Shown: positions 22,714-34,539 of the stretch, piece after piece
Layout of the letters: every line of letters begins with the position of its first letter
Numbering within the stretch: the stretch's first letter is position 1
Assembly (NCBI GenBank): GCA_032718475.1
Contig: JAUCBJ010004579.1
Location: 21,527-85,526, forward strand
From: Nemertoderma westbladi
Lineage: Eukaryota > Animalia > Xenacoelomorpha
Direction of reading: 5' to 3'
DNA length: 64,000 nt
Notes under the pieces: generated by a model
The model's input: the letters and a program-made list of their open reading frames with translations, nothing else
Told to the model about the DNA's origin: nothing
Database searches by the model: none
Made by a program: the position numbers and the translations under genes

Positions 22714-24099
22714 CTACTTAAACTGGCTACCATCTTGAAAAGTGATGAGTTGGAGTGAAGTGCGTAAGCTTATATCGTTCCGGCAAAGAAATGGTGCCCC
22801 ACCAAGCACATCACACCCTAAGTTACTAACTACAAGGGCATCAAAGGAAAAGGATAAGTTACCACGGGTAAATGTGGTGAAAATCTCGCCAACAACTCCG
22901 AGCCTGGATACACCATCAGCTTGACTAGGGATCTGTTGGGAATTTGGATATATGGGTATGTCCAAATTCTTTAGAAAGGTGGAGTTAATTAGGTTAGATT
23001 CTGCACCAGAATCAAGTATCATGCGTAGTGGTGTAGACTGAAAGTGTAAGTCAACATAAGGGGATCTGACAACACTGACACGGGATATGGCTGGGGGGTC
23101 ATCCACTGTACATTCAAACATATCTTGGTGAATGTCAGTATCCTCATCAATAACCTCAATGGTTCGAGTGCGGACCAAAAATCGTTTATCCTGGTCTGGA
23201 AGGAAGTGGCATTGGCTGAGAAAATGTGTAAAATCACTGCGACCAGCCTGTTTGCATAGTGGGCAAATTTTTTGCATGCGAGGTTGTTCATGTGTTTGTG
23301 GCCGAAAGGGCTTGGGGGCAGTAGGTCTATGTGAATATTGTTGTGGGCGACTAGAAGTGGATCGCATAGTACGTACTTCATCGCTAGCTTGGAGCTCGTC
23401 TAATAAGGATGGGAGAGCCTGAGAAATCTCAGGTTTTATGGAAGACAGAGTCTGATGTCGCAATTCTGTACCATAACGCTGTTTAACTAGCTTTGGTAAA
23501 TCGTTGTTGATTAATCGTAACCAAGTAAGAACAACAAGGTTTTCAACAGTAGGACATAATTCCTCATCTTCAGGAATGGGGACCCCATGGTGAGAAATGC
23601 CACCATCCTTTTTAAGCAAATTGTCATCTACAAAGGCTACCAATCTTTGGTATAGATCCTCTGGTTTTTCATCATATTCAAGCTTAATGGATGCTAGGTC
23701 CAAAAAATGTGCACCAGAGATTTGAAATCCAAAGTGCAAACGTATGGTATTCCAGATAGATTGGAGAGAAGTGGACGTTTTAACTATTGAATTTCTAGAT
23801 ACAATGGGGCAATAATTTGCTATTTGCCCTAGCATAAGTTCTAGGGTTACTACCTTTTGTGCTGCAGTGCGGCGCGATGTAGCAGGAATATCAGTCCCAT
23901 CATCCACAAAGCCACGGGTAGGAGAAAGGCGAGATTTCTTTTCCCAGTGGGCAGAATCAAGGGTGAATGGGGCAAAGGCTGGGTCTAAAGCTAAAGTGTA
24001 TAAAAGATTCTGTCTCCATGTTTCAAAGGTATTAATGGTTTCAACTTTAGAGAGAGGTATAATTTTTGGAGTACGTAGGGAACCTGTCGCTGTGGACAT
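22714..24099 (-). CDS. Gag + aspartic protease of the Troyka-like element
   Basis: CPLCKQAGRSDFTHFLSQC knuckle; ILDSGAESN..DVLGGAPFL protease. Ends at an in-frame TAG. Confidence 0.85.
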   Translation of the reverse strand: MSTATGSLRTPKIIPLSKVETINTFETWRQNLLYTLALDPAFAPFTLDSAHWEKKSRLSPTRGFVDDGTDIPATSRRTAAQKVVTLELMLGQIANYCPIVSRNSIVKTSTSLQSIWNTIRLHFGFQISGAHFLDLASIKLEYDEKPEDLYQRLVAFVDDNLLKKDGGISHHGVPIPEDEELCPTVENLVVLTWLRLINNDLPKLVKQRYGTELRHQTLSSIKPEISQALPSLLDELQASDEVRTMRSTSSRPQQYSHRPTAPKPFRPQTHEQPRMQKICPLCKQAGRSDFTHFLSQCHFLPDQDKRFLVRTRTIEVIDEDTDIHQDMFECTVDDPPAISRVSVVRSPYVDLHFQSTPLRMILDSGAESNLINSTFLKNLDIPIYPNSQQIPSQADGVSRLGVVGEIFTTFTRGNLSFSFDALVVSNLGCDVLGGAPFLCRNDISLRTSLQLITFQDGSQFK

Positions 24100-24611
24100 A
24101 TCGGTGTTCTATACGGATACTGGATATTGGCTGACCAGTATACCAGGAGCTTTTTTTTGTGGTAGGTACTGGGGTACCGGTATATGTAGTAATAATGCTA
24201 AGTAGAGTCGGATTGGCAGACTGAGCTGTACGACGTATATCAGTCAGTATATCGATGTTTACATAGACAGGCAACTGTGACCTGATAAGATAGGTATGGT
24301 TATCCAGCAGTCCGGTAAGGACGGTAATTATTGTCTGTGAATCCGAATCTGGTTATGGCTAGGCCCTATAGGCTAGGTAATATTCACAGTTTGGTTGTTG
24401 GTTGTCAGTTGGCTCAACCAGCAACCGGTAGTGGTAAGTAGTACAGTTCTGGGTTAGTTCTGCAGTTGAGACGCGGTATTAGGTAGGCCTATATCACAGC
24501 CTATGATTTAGGCTACGACGGTAAGAAGATATACCTGCTGACCTGTATGCCATATGCTGACGCACTTGTCGTGTTGAGATGAAGGAGCAAGGCGAGGCAA
24601 AGGTAAGATAT

Positions 24612-24622
24612 CGCTGCCACCA
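24612..24622 (-). promoter_or_regulatory. Primer-binding site complementary to a tRNA 3' end (tRNA-Leu-like)
   Basis: TGGTGGCAGCG directly abuts the 5' LTR. Confidence 0.85.
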
Positions 24623-25437
24623 CGCCAATAAGTGGTAAGAGGTAATACTCCAATATGCAATAGGTGAAAACACAACAGGTAAGACAGTAAGGCCTGAAGG
24701 TATATTGGTAATGCAATACAGCAGTAGTGTTGCTCAAGCGTCAACTGACAGACGTACCGGTAAGATGAAGAAACCAAAACCGTAAGGCCAGATAAGTCCA
24801 TGCCAAAACTAAACTACATGTAGTAATACATAAACAGACATGAGGCCAAAGGCCCATGGCGTACCAATTTTGGTAGTTGGATCCTTAAACGTGATGATTT
24901 TATTGCGAATAAGATTGAGAGGTATAAAAGCTGACCAAGCGACTAAAACGCTATTAACAACTACAATACTATTCAATATTTTGTTGTTACCCCGAGTCAT
25001 TCAAAATATTGTCACATATATAACAAATGAATTCTATTTCGACAGTTATTCAGCATTGAATAATGGAGCAGAAATTTTTAATGGGCCAAACATCATTCAA
25101 ACAGTATTTTGGGCCATATTGGCGGATTTAGCTCGCATTCTCAATTCCACAATAAATCTGTATATATTACTCATGAACCCAATGTTTAAAAGTGAATTTT
25201 TAAAAATGTTGCATTGCAAAAAAATACACACAAATAAATGGTGTACTTCATTAACGAAAGATATAATATTTATTAGATTATAATGAAGCCCTGAAAATAT
25301 GTAACGAAATAATATAATTAGTATTGGTATTTTTGGTAAATAATATATAGAAGCTGACAACATCGAGCATAAAATATACAAAATATATTACGTCATTATA
25401 AATATATGCGATTAATAAGTAAAACAATGTCAATGTT

Positions 25438-25572
25438 ATATCTGTTGTGTTTATTTACCTTTTTTATATCTGTTGTGTTTATTTACCTTTTTTATATCTG
25501 TTGTGTTTATTTACCTTTTTTTATATCTGTTGTGTTTATTTACCTTTTTTATATCTGTTGTGTTTATTTAAC
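25438..25572. repeat. ~28-bp minisatellite (ATATCTGTTGTGTTTATTTACCTTTTTT), about 5 copies
   Basis: Directly visible tandem copies. Confidence 0.9.
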
Positions 25573-27649
25573 CTTTGTTATTCCTTGTAGAAAACTATGA
25601 CATTAAGCAGAGTATGTTCTTCTATCATAAATGTCACGGTATCTGGCTGGGTCTTGGAGTGTTACTAAGGCCGGATACCGAGCGAGGGGGGGGGGGTTAA
25701 TACAGTGTCTCCGAGTTTAGGGGGCCTGTATTTACTGCTGTAGGAAACAGATGGCGTTCCTTACCTAGACTTTGGGGAAAACTAACTTTTTTCTGACTTC
25801 CATGTATAATAATAACAACAATATACCACAAGTAACAGAAAATTAATCAGTAATAGCTCAAGGTCTGAGCCCAATGTGATGCACAAAGAACTCCGGTCGT
25901 CAATCGGTACCAATCATATGGCTACACCAAGGTGCAACCTACACGTAAGTACTCTACACCTGGTTCGTCCTACATCATAACAACTATGGGCCTAATATCT
26001 CACTAGAAGATATTAGTAACACTGACTATAATTCAAGGTGAACATTGAGTATAACCTACTTTCGGAAGGAGAGAAAGATTGCTCTCTCCTGATTGGTCAC
26101 GGTAAGTGGTCTGCTATTGGTGCTGCTGGCAATAAGTTTGCCTAGAAGTCAGCAGAGCGGATGTGTTTGTTTGCTCTGAACTATTAGGGGATTCTCTAGG
26201 GGACAATTGTGGGGCGGCTTAATGCTTCCCCGTAGGTGGTATGTACACTCATCCAACAATATAATGATAAATACAATGGATCTAATGTGCTAAATTGGTA
26301 GAATGCGCAGTCACGTGCTACTAGTTTAGTTAGAGCCGCAAGGCTTTCTGTTTGTTAGCTTGACCTTTGGGGCTGACAAACAGTGGTGTTAATTCATTTC
26401 TGGCTTTCTTCTGGATTTTTGGCAGTCATTTTTGGCTATCGGCTGATAAAGGAGACATATTGGTTTTTGGGTGAACAATATATTATATTATATTATACAT
26501 TCTATTCCACCCATACGCATAGAAATCCCCCCTCCCCTCCCTCTCGTTCATAAATACGAAGATAAATCTAAAAACGGTTCTACAAGATCTTTTTTAGTTC
26601 TTGATTTACAGCTGAATGCCTCTTTATCCGTCTGAATATTAATCTAAAGCAGTTAAAAGCACACCATACAGCTAAACTTTTCGTATGGTTGGATTTCCTG
26701 GTCGGTAAATTCATTTCCAGTGTCAGTTATCAAACATGACATAACATGAAAATAAAAAATGTCAAATTTTATGTTTTTTATATCTGTCTGTCTGTTCGCC
26801 AAAAAATAGCCGCCAACCGAACATAATCAGCAGAGATTGAAATGTTAAAAATGACATCACCGAAAAGAAAACGACTATTAAAATAATTTAGCTGGGTGGT
26901 ATGCATTTTGAAAGACAGACGGACGGATAACACACATACTGGGGGGGGGGGGGGGGGGGGGGATTTAATGGGTCGGATTTTTTCAAATTGATATTAAACT
27001 ACATTATTTTATTTTAAGCAATATACCCTTATGCCTATCACAGCATAATAATGCTCTAGGTTACGAATATGGCAACGAAATTCTTGAGAACATGCTCAAA
27101 CGATCACAATTTGAATAAAAGTGGATGGGTCTAGTGTGGATCAAATGGGTCTACCTGAGAATACCGAGAAATTTCCAATCGAACTTACAACTAATTCATT
27201 ACTTAACTAATTCGATAATAAGTCCAACTCTATTGGAAACAAACTATAATTTTATAACAAATTTATAAATTATAATTTTCTATTATAAAATAGAAAAAAT
27301 AAATATAAATCTCAATAAGTTGTCAATAAATATACATTTTTAAGTCATTACTGTATTAATAATAATGTTGTTGTCCCTTAGCGTTGGTAGGAAATCCAAT
27401 AATTTGTGTAGTAGTGAAACCACGGTGCGATTTTGTTAACGTTGGACTGGCGCAGAGACCGTCCGTAGTTCCTCAGTAACCATGGATACAATGACAATCC
27501 TCTTTCTATTTTATTCGTTTCTCGAATTCCTCGTATCCAACGGGTTCGCCACAGAAACAGTTTGGGTTACCATAGTTACATTCAACGATAGGGACTTCAA
27601 GCGTTGCTGGTGTTAAGGCATCAGGGGAGAGTTTACTGGAAACATATAC

Positions 27650-30600
27650 ACTGAGTGCATTTCCAATCTGCACAAGTATTCCGAGACGTTGGCGAAGGAA
27701 TGACGTTGCTCGTGGGTCACCAGAGGATAGTGTGATCCTATTCCCAATTGTTTTAATGAAATTCGGAGTTGCTTCACCCATTCCGCCAGTTGTCTCGAAA
27801 GAGACGGGGTAAAAGTGTGCAGAATTGGATGATGTGAGCTCGGAATACGTGCTGTTCTTCAGGGTTTCCTTGTGGTTGGCGACAGAGGGTCCTTCATTGA
27901 TTGCAATTGCCAAGGAAGAATAGGCCATTCGGTGCGCACAAGTGAAGTCCCACATGGCAGGCTTTTCAGTAGTCCATGGGATGAGATTAATGCCATCAGG
28001 TCTTTTATTGTCAGAAAGTGAAAAAAAATCCTATTGGTTCAAGGGTTGATGGTGTTTCAGCCGCTTATTGCCTCGTTACATAGGCGGTGTCTGGCCTGTC
28101 GCCCAGGCAGTTTTTTTACATACCAAAGAGTGTAGGCCAAGATGGTCTGAAACTTCACCACACAAGCATGTATGTTCAATGTGTACATCAGCTCCAAGTC
28201 TGATTGAGGCATAGATTCTTAGCTGATCATCAGAAAGGCGTATACCCAGGTTTCCAGATGGGAGGGCTTGTAGCCAATCACCAGCACCAGGGGTGGAGAC
28301 TAGTGGTTGTAGTTGCTAGTAGTAGTTGTTGTCACACGAGTTCACTAGTTGAGAAAACTTCTGTTCATTAAGAGGTTTACACCAGTCCCTTTGGCTGATA
28401 GATGAAGGATGATCAATGGAATTTACTTGACCTGACCATATCTGGACATTGATCTTCATTGTCTGACTATAATTTTCACTACTACTACTACTAGGATCGG
28501 CATGCAGCATTGCAGCTGCAGTTTTAATACTGTTGTGCCGGCTTGTCGATAAAATTGCGCTGCCACAACTCCCTATCACCCATGACATTTGCTAGATCAT
28601 CAGCATCTTCAAGGCCAATGTCCTTTAAGATGCGTCTCAAGAAAGTCATGGGCTGTCCAACATGCTTATTCACTCCATGAGGCTGCCAAAGTACAAGATT
28701 ATGCACTGGCTGGTCCTCACGGCGAAAGCAATGTCCTGCAAAGCGGAGGCGATTTTGTTCTACTGTCAAGCTTGGGGGAACCAATGATACACCTCCAATG
28801 TTATATAGTGTCTGGTTAGAGATGTGTGCATTGTACTTGACACAATGAACCCGGCGTAGCATTCTTGTGAATGTGCCATCCAGAGATTTGGTGTCCTCCA
28901 GCATGGACTCCCATAGAGGAGTACTGGAATTACTGCTGCTCTAAATAATCGGACCTTAAGTTTCCGATTAATTCTCGGTGACTTCCAAATCCTGGAAAGC
29001 CTATTCAAGGCTGCCCATGCCTTTCCCTTACGTATTCGAAGGTCCTCACCTGACTTCCGGATCCATGATCCCAGGTAACAGAAGTCGTCCACATGCTCAA
29101 GCATACCATCCTTTGAGCTTATGCTCATCCGATCAGAGACTTGCTGAGGACTTTCAAAGTTAACTGTCAAAATTTTGGTCTTTCTGGAGTTAATAAAAAG
29201 ACCAACACTAGAAACAGCATGTTCTAATGAGCTGAGGAGCCGTTGGGCTCCCTCTAGTGATTCTGGGAGTACTCCTACGTCATCAGCAAAGTCTAGATCA
29301 GTTAGGTACTTGGCAGGATTTCCTCGACTTCTGGAGCCAGTAGGTGGAGTTATCATCACCCCATCATCATTATGATGATCTAAGGACATGCGTAGAACAT
29401 AGTCAACCACAATTATGAACAAGAATGGTGCAAGTGTGTCTCCCTGGAGGACGCCCCATAACAATTCAAATGGTTCTGTGTCACCGTCAACAGTAGACAC
29501 AAATGTTGACGAACCATCGTATACTGATCTGATTGCTGCAATAATTTCATCAGGAATCCCATATAATGAAATTATGCTGAACATACGTGACCGAGAGACT
29601 GAATCAAAGGCCTTGATTTTCACATTGCCAATTTGAACCATTGAGAAGGCAAAGGACGAGGTTAGAAGTGCTAGCAATAGATGCACAATGGGCAGATTGA
29701 GCCATATCACAGAAACTAGGTATTCCTAGGCCTCCCATCCTAGCAGGGAATGTTGACTGGTTCCATTGAACGTCGGTTAGAGAAATGTTAAGGATGGAGA
29801 CAAGGGCCTTCTTCTTCTTCTTCTTCTAAGAGATCGGATCTTTCTGATCAAGGCGAACATCTCAGAACATTCAGCAGCGTTGGCATATGGAAACAGTTCT
29901 TCAGGAGAAAGATCGCGTTGTGACTCCCAACAGTTGATAGCCTTTCAGTCATGTGGGTCATTGCCTCTAGCTTTTTGTTCAAGCTAGATGCAAGGGATAC
30001 AGGCCTAGGGGTGCCCCTAGAAGGTCAAGGTTATCTCATTGTACAATCCTGATTCCAGGGCATATGCGGTCGAATTACAAAGCAATGTGATGTTGGTTGG
30101 GCCGAAAATCGAAAGTTCACCTTTGGTTGGATTTAACATAAGGCCAATGCTGGAGCATTGATTCTTGAACATATCTATATCAGAGAGGACAGTTTTCCAG
30201 TGATCATATGCAGAGATTTCATCCATATATCCGAGTTTGAACTTTGATTTCAATGAAGTCAAGTTCTTGTGGATCCCTAGGCAGAAGCCCAATCCGGCGT
30301 CTGGGGCACCTTGCTGAATGCCTTCTTCAGATGAGAGGTTGTATTCGCCATATATTAAACTGCTTGGCTGCTCATAGCAAAGTTTATAAGCAAACTCATT
30401 GATACATTCTGCAATGTGTGTGCGGCTGATGGTGTTGTAAGCATTTGCAAAATCCAACTTGATGAAGACATTGTCATCTTCAGCAGTGTTAAGTATGGTC
30501 CTGGCAGCATGTACAGCTGCTTCCAGGCCTCCTTTGACCCCACATGACATGTGGGATGCTGTTCGATTGTTGAGTATAGAGATTGCTGCCTTTGCTGCGA

Positions 30601-32330
30601 GTCTGCGGTAGACTTCACCAATGGCTATTGTTTGAACCCCATTGTCTTTCTTTCTGAGGGAAAGGAGTTTGGCACCGACCATTATAGGTCGGATCTCGTC
30701 AGGTAGGGAGTAGATGGTTTATGAGATTGGTAATAGATCTGACAAGACGAGTCCTTGCATCCCCAGATTTACGTTCAATGCAGTCCTTGAGATGTTGTGG
30801 TCGAAGTCCGGAAATTCCACTAGCTGAACCAATAGGAAAACGTTTTATCTGCTTAGTTACGACTTCAGGTGACAGGTGAAGTGGGGGGACTGAAAAGTCC
30901 TGATTTGGGTGAAATGATTTCCACCATCTGGACAGGTGGGGAGTTTAGATGTTAATACTTCCCAAGTCTCCTTATCAGGGGGGATGAAAGAGCAGTCAGT
31001 AGAGGCCAAACAGACATCACCCTTAACATCGCCAATGTCTAGCTTTTCAGAGATACGTTTGTGTAGAATGTCATTGTCTCTATTTAATTTGTTTACCCTC
31101 GTTCTTCGACTATTGGGCCTTGGGAAAGACTCGATAAAAGCGATGGTGTCTGTAGCTGATAGAAAGCTACTGATTTGGTTGTTCACAATAAAGCTGAGAG
31201 ACTGTTGTGATTGAGACTGTGTGATTTTCCAGCCCTACTGGGTGTCCTCAAGCATGTAAGGGGCAGTATTAAAAGTATGAGCCAAGATATAGCAGCATCC
31301 TTAAGAAGGGCAGTATCAATGGTAGATAACATGGCTTGAGCAAGTTGGACCCTAGACACCTTAGGAACGTGAGTGAGAATTCTCCCCTGCAGATGTTTCA
31401 AAAAGCCAATAATGCGCTCAGAGCTTAGCGCGCTCAGAATTAAAGCTAGGAGGAGGTGGACACTCCGTGTTCTTTGGTGACTTCTCGCCATTTATAATGG
31501 GCAAGGGCATACCAGCGCAGTTGGATTGATTGAGAGATGTTTTGGGTAATATTATATTATTTTGGTTCGCATTTTCTGCAGGTTCTGGCATATGATTGTG
31601 GGCTGGGTTGAAGTCCTGTTCTTGGATGATGGAGGTTGGTGTTTGGAGAGACAGGACAGGCATGACAAGGGTAGCTGACGTTTTGACCATTGTATATAGC
31701 TGTGCCTGAAACATACTAACAGACTCATCATTAATATCTTCCAGTGATCCACCATCCAGACACATTTTGGCAAACTTACAAACATATACACCGCACTCAT
31801 AGCTGTTAAATTGTAGCTTCTTTGGGAGCTGGTGAACTACTAGTTGAGGAGACGAAACATTGCATCTAGATGCTTCAAAGGATGTCCATTGTTGTAGAGC
31901 ATCTATTACACCTGGGTTAGGCCAACATAGAGAGTTGAAGTAGTGTATTACCCCGGCTTTGGGACACACTACTTCTAGAGCCCAGTGGTAACCTCTGACA
32001 TTGACAGGAAAAAAAGAAAAAATCATACTGAAGTATGCTGATGTCAGTCTGCCGTTGTGTGACATGGGAGCCACGGTTTACAAAAATGTTCAGAAAGTGA
32101 GGAATGAGAAATTTTGCATGACCAGGGTACTGGACACACATATGGTTAATGATGGCATCAATCAAGTTGACAGTAAGCCAACCTTTAGGGTTACTAAGCA
32201 AGTCTATGTGGCGTTCGGAGAGAGGAATACCAGCCAACAAGTAGGTTTGCTCAGAGACAGAGGGTGGGTCATGCCGCAGCTCGCTGTCTGATATGTCAAT
32301 GACACTGACACTGCTTGTATTCATAGCAAA
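27650..32330 (-). mobile_element. Decayed CRE-like (RLE-type) non-LTR retrotransposon with an N-terminal Ulp1/C48 protease domain
   Basis: RT: LRKKDNGVQTIAIGEVYRRL, GVKGGLEAAVH, KLDFANAYN, EEGIQQG, GYMDE, ARMGGLGI. CCHC: CLCG..GLHSLVC. Endonuclease: RPDG..PW, WDFTC, K..Y, FYPVSFETTG, RQRLGILVQIGNA. Ulp1: WLT..ID, FPVN..YHW, YFNSL, QFNSYECG. Many frameshifts. Confidence 0.85.
28480..29615 (-). mobile_element. 5'-truncated RTE-like LINE copy nested in the CRE-like element
   Basis: Near-identical to ~35045-36185; (TAG)n tail at 28480-28494; 8-bp TSD ATTTTCAC at 28472-28479 and 29616-29623; small internal deletion causes a frameshift. Confidence 0.92.
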
Positions 32331-33659
32331 GGCCGGAAGGATAGTACAACAAAAGAGTTGGGTTCACTGTTTTCTTTTTCACCATCACTGTTACTACTAA
32401 CAAGCTAACTATTCAAAATGTTCATTGCTTTATCATAATTTACACAGCTGATAAGTGCTCCACACTCATTGGCTGGATTCTGACTTTCATCTCCATCTTC
32501 ATAATCCGTAAATTCGACAATAACATTACCTGTCATTGCATCATCATCATCATCCATGGTATCAAGAATTTCCAGTGCTTGGGAGGTAGTATAGCGGCGA
32601 TTTCCAGATTTCCAACTATTAATCATTGCATAAATTCAGAAATTATTTAGCTAGCTGTGTAATTTATTGTTTATAATATTGAGCCAATCTCTCTCACCTT
32701 ATTTTTGTATTTTTTTAATTAGATTTTACTATAAATTCTTAAATACTAAATAAATGCTTGATAAATAACATCTTACAAATAATTTTGTATAATTTTACAA
32801 AAGTAGGATGTCTACTTTATCAAATAGACAACCAGGCATAATATTATATTAGTAGACAGTAACTTGGCTGCAGTCGCATATATAATACTTGTAGATTAGT
32901 CAATTTACCATGGAGACACGTTCGTGGGGCCTTCGCGCAGCACGAGGCCCAGTTATGAGATACAAATTAATATCGAGCGACTGTATCACAAAATCAGTAT
33001 TTAAATTTATAAATTAGTAAAATTTAGAAATTTAACCACACCGCCAATCAATCAAAAAAAGAGGGACAGTAGGTGTTCAGCCCTTTAAATCTGCACCCCC
33101 ACCCCACCCCACCCCCCCCCCCCCCCCCCCACCCTTCCCACCCACCAATACATAACCGCGACATCTACCACCCACGGAAGGTAGCACGAACTTATTTCCA
33201 ATCGCACGTTCGATATGCGAAGCCAGGTGGTTTATAGGAATATAATCTACGCAGTACTAAATACAGTCGATGCAGTAATGAATGATATTCAAATAATTTA
33301 TTTAATATACTGTTAATGCCTCTGAAAACTTAGACAATTAAAATACACAGAAATCCCATCAAAAAATAATAAGCATAATATTTTGAGAAATAAACAATTT
33401 TGGATATAAGCCTTCTGCAGTGGTAATCTTATTGACTGACAATCATTAAATGAGATCTGTCCATTACCTGAGACTAAAGAACACAGACTCTATAGTGTAA
33501 TAGGAGGTAGGGAATGCAGGTTTCAATCTCGTTAGGACTAGCTGGCAGCCGTGTGGCTAGTTACATACAACCCCCCTCCACTGGCATTCCCAGCAACTGG
33601 CTCCCTTACACACACATCCCCCATCTATGTACCAGCCAACTTGCAAGTTGGCCAATAAA

Positions 33660-34140
33660 TGATCAGTATTTAATGAGAATCAATTTTTTATGCCGTTTTA
33701 ATTACTTTAGATCAATTAAAGACACAATTATTAAAGCAAATCACTTGAACTAATTAAAAACTATAATAGAATGGCGTATGTGGATTACATCTGTATAATT
33801 TTTAAGTTTAATTATTTAAATCTTATACTGTAAAACAATTAATCTCCTTTAAAAGGCAGGTTGAAAATGGTGTTTTCACCGTAATCAACTTAATTAACTA
33901 ATTAACTGCTATTATCTTAGCTTCTCGAAGGCCACACGGAAATTCTACTTGGAAAATTTCTAAACTTTTGCCAAACAACATGTGTACCAAGTTTGGATAG
34001 ATTTCATCAAAGATTGGCCGAGTTATTAACGTTTAAAATTGAACACGACAGAACGACAGAACGACAGAACGACAGAACGACAGGTTGATTAATGGTACCA
34101 CTACGCTAAGGCTCACTCACTTCGTGGCTCGCCCCACAAT
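33660..34140. mobile_element. Non-autonomous Helentron/DINE-like interspersed repeat
   Basis: Shares AAATCACTTGAA..AAAAACTATAAT.GAATGG with ~4463-4510, and CATGTGTACCAAGTTTGG...TTTCATCAAAGATTG.CCGA with ~38461-38505 and ~44379-44422; (GACAGAAC)n microsatellite; short terminal stem-loop. Family is inference. Confidence 0.55.
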
Positions 34141-34399
34141 TAACTTAAATAATGTTGCTCTATAGTAGGAGTCATTGTGTACTTTAGTCGATTTGCCTAC
34201 ATTTTATAACACTTTAGCTAGTTTGCCATGTTCCAGTGTGGTTGGTTCCGTACTTTAGCTTGTCTGCCATACTTGAATAAATACAAAACAGATAATGATT
34301 GGTGGTGGTGACTTTGTCAGATGAAAGCGGGATATTTGAATTACCTAATTCGTTCAAAACCTGAAAAATGAAAAATTTACACTTTAGTCGATTTGCCAT

Positions 34400-34539
34400 G
34401 TGAGTGACGAATGTATGGGGTTCTTCTGCTACGCAGATGACATTATACTGCTGTCAACGACACCCAACAACATTCAGGACGCAGTAAGTGCAGTCAATGA
34501 TAGTTCTACAGATCTCGATCTGAAACTTGATAGAGAAAA
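34400..34539 (+). mobile_element. Old LINE RT remnant that is the target of the RTE insertion
   Basis: GFFCYADDIILLSTTPNNIQ..LKL motif directly upstream of the TSD. Confidence 0.6.

Larger units (their letters stand above)
18822..24861 (-). mobile_element. Troyka-like (Gypsy-order) LTR retrotransposon with CG..CG termini
   Basis: 239-bp LTRs 18822-19060 and 24623-24861 (one mismatch seen) with inverted termini CGCCA..TGGCG; 3-bp TSD TAC; PBS TGGTGGCAGCG; gag-PR-RT-RH-IN order. Confidence 0.9.
18245..25283 (+). pseudogene. Single-exon rhodopsin-class GPCR (peptide/chemosensory-like), split by an LTR element in TM5
   Basis: 5' part 18245-18821 (GIVNNI, LAFADG, TVERFIATYWP); 3' part 24865-25283 (KATKTL-like QATKTLL, LLLPRVI, LNSTINLYILLMNPMFKSEF). 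Removing the element plus one TAC gives a 996-nt open frame (331 aa). Confidence 0.88.

Noticed and set aside
24508-24801. Duplicated small ORF MDLSGLTVLV.. (also 18761-19000)
   Set aside because: Both copies are simply translations of the two LTRs.
26070-26330. Promoter-like cluster (ATTGG boxes, GTCACGTG)
   Set aside because: No linked gene or TSS evidence; such short motifs are expected by chance.
32405-32626. piggyBac transposase N-terminus-like acidic ORF
   Set aside because: Only a vague compositional resemblance; no catalytic domain or TIR found.
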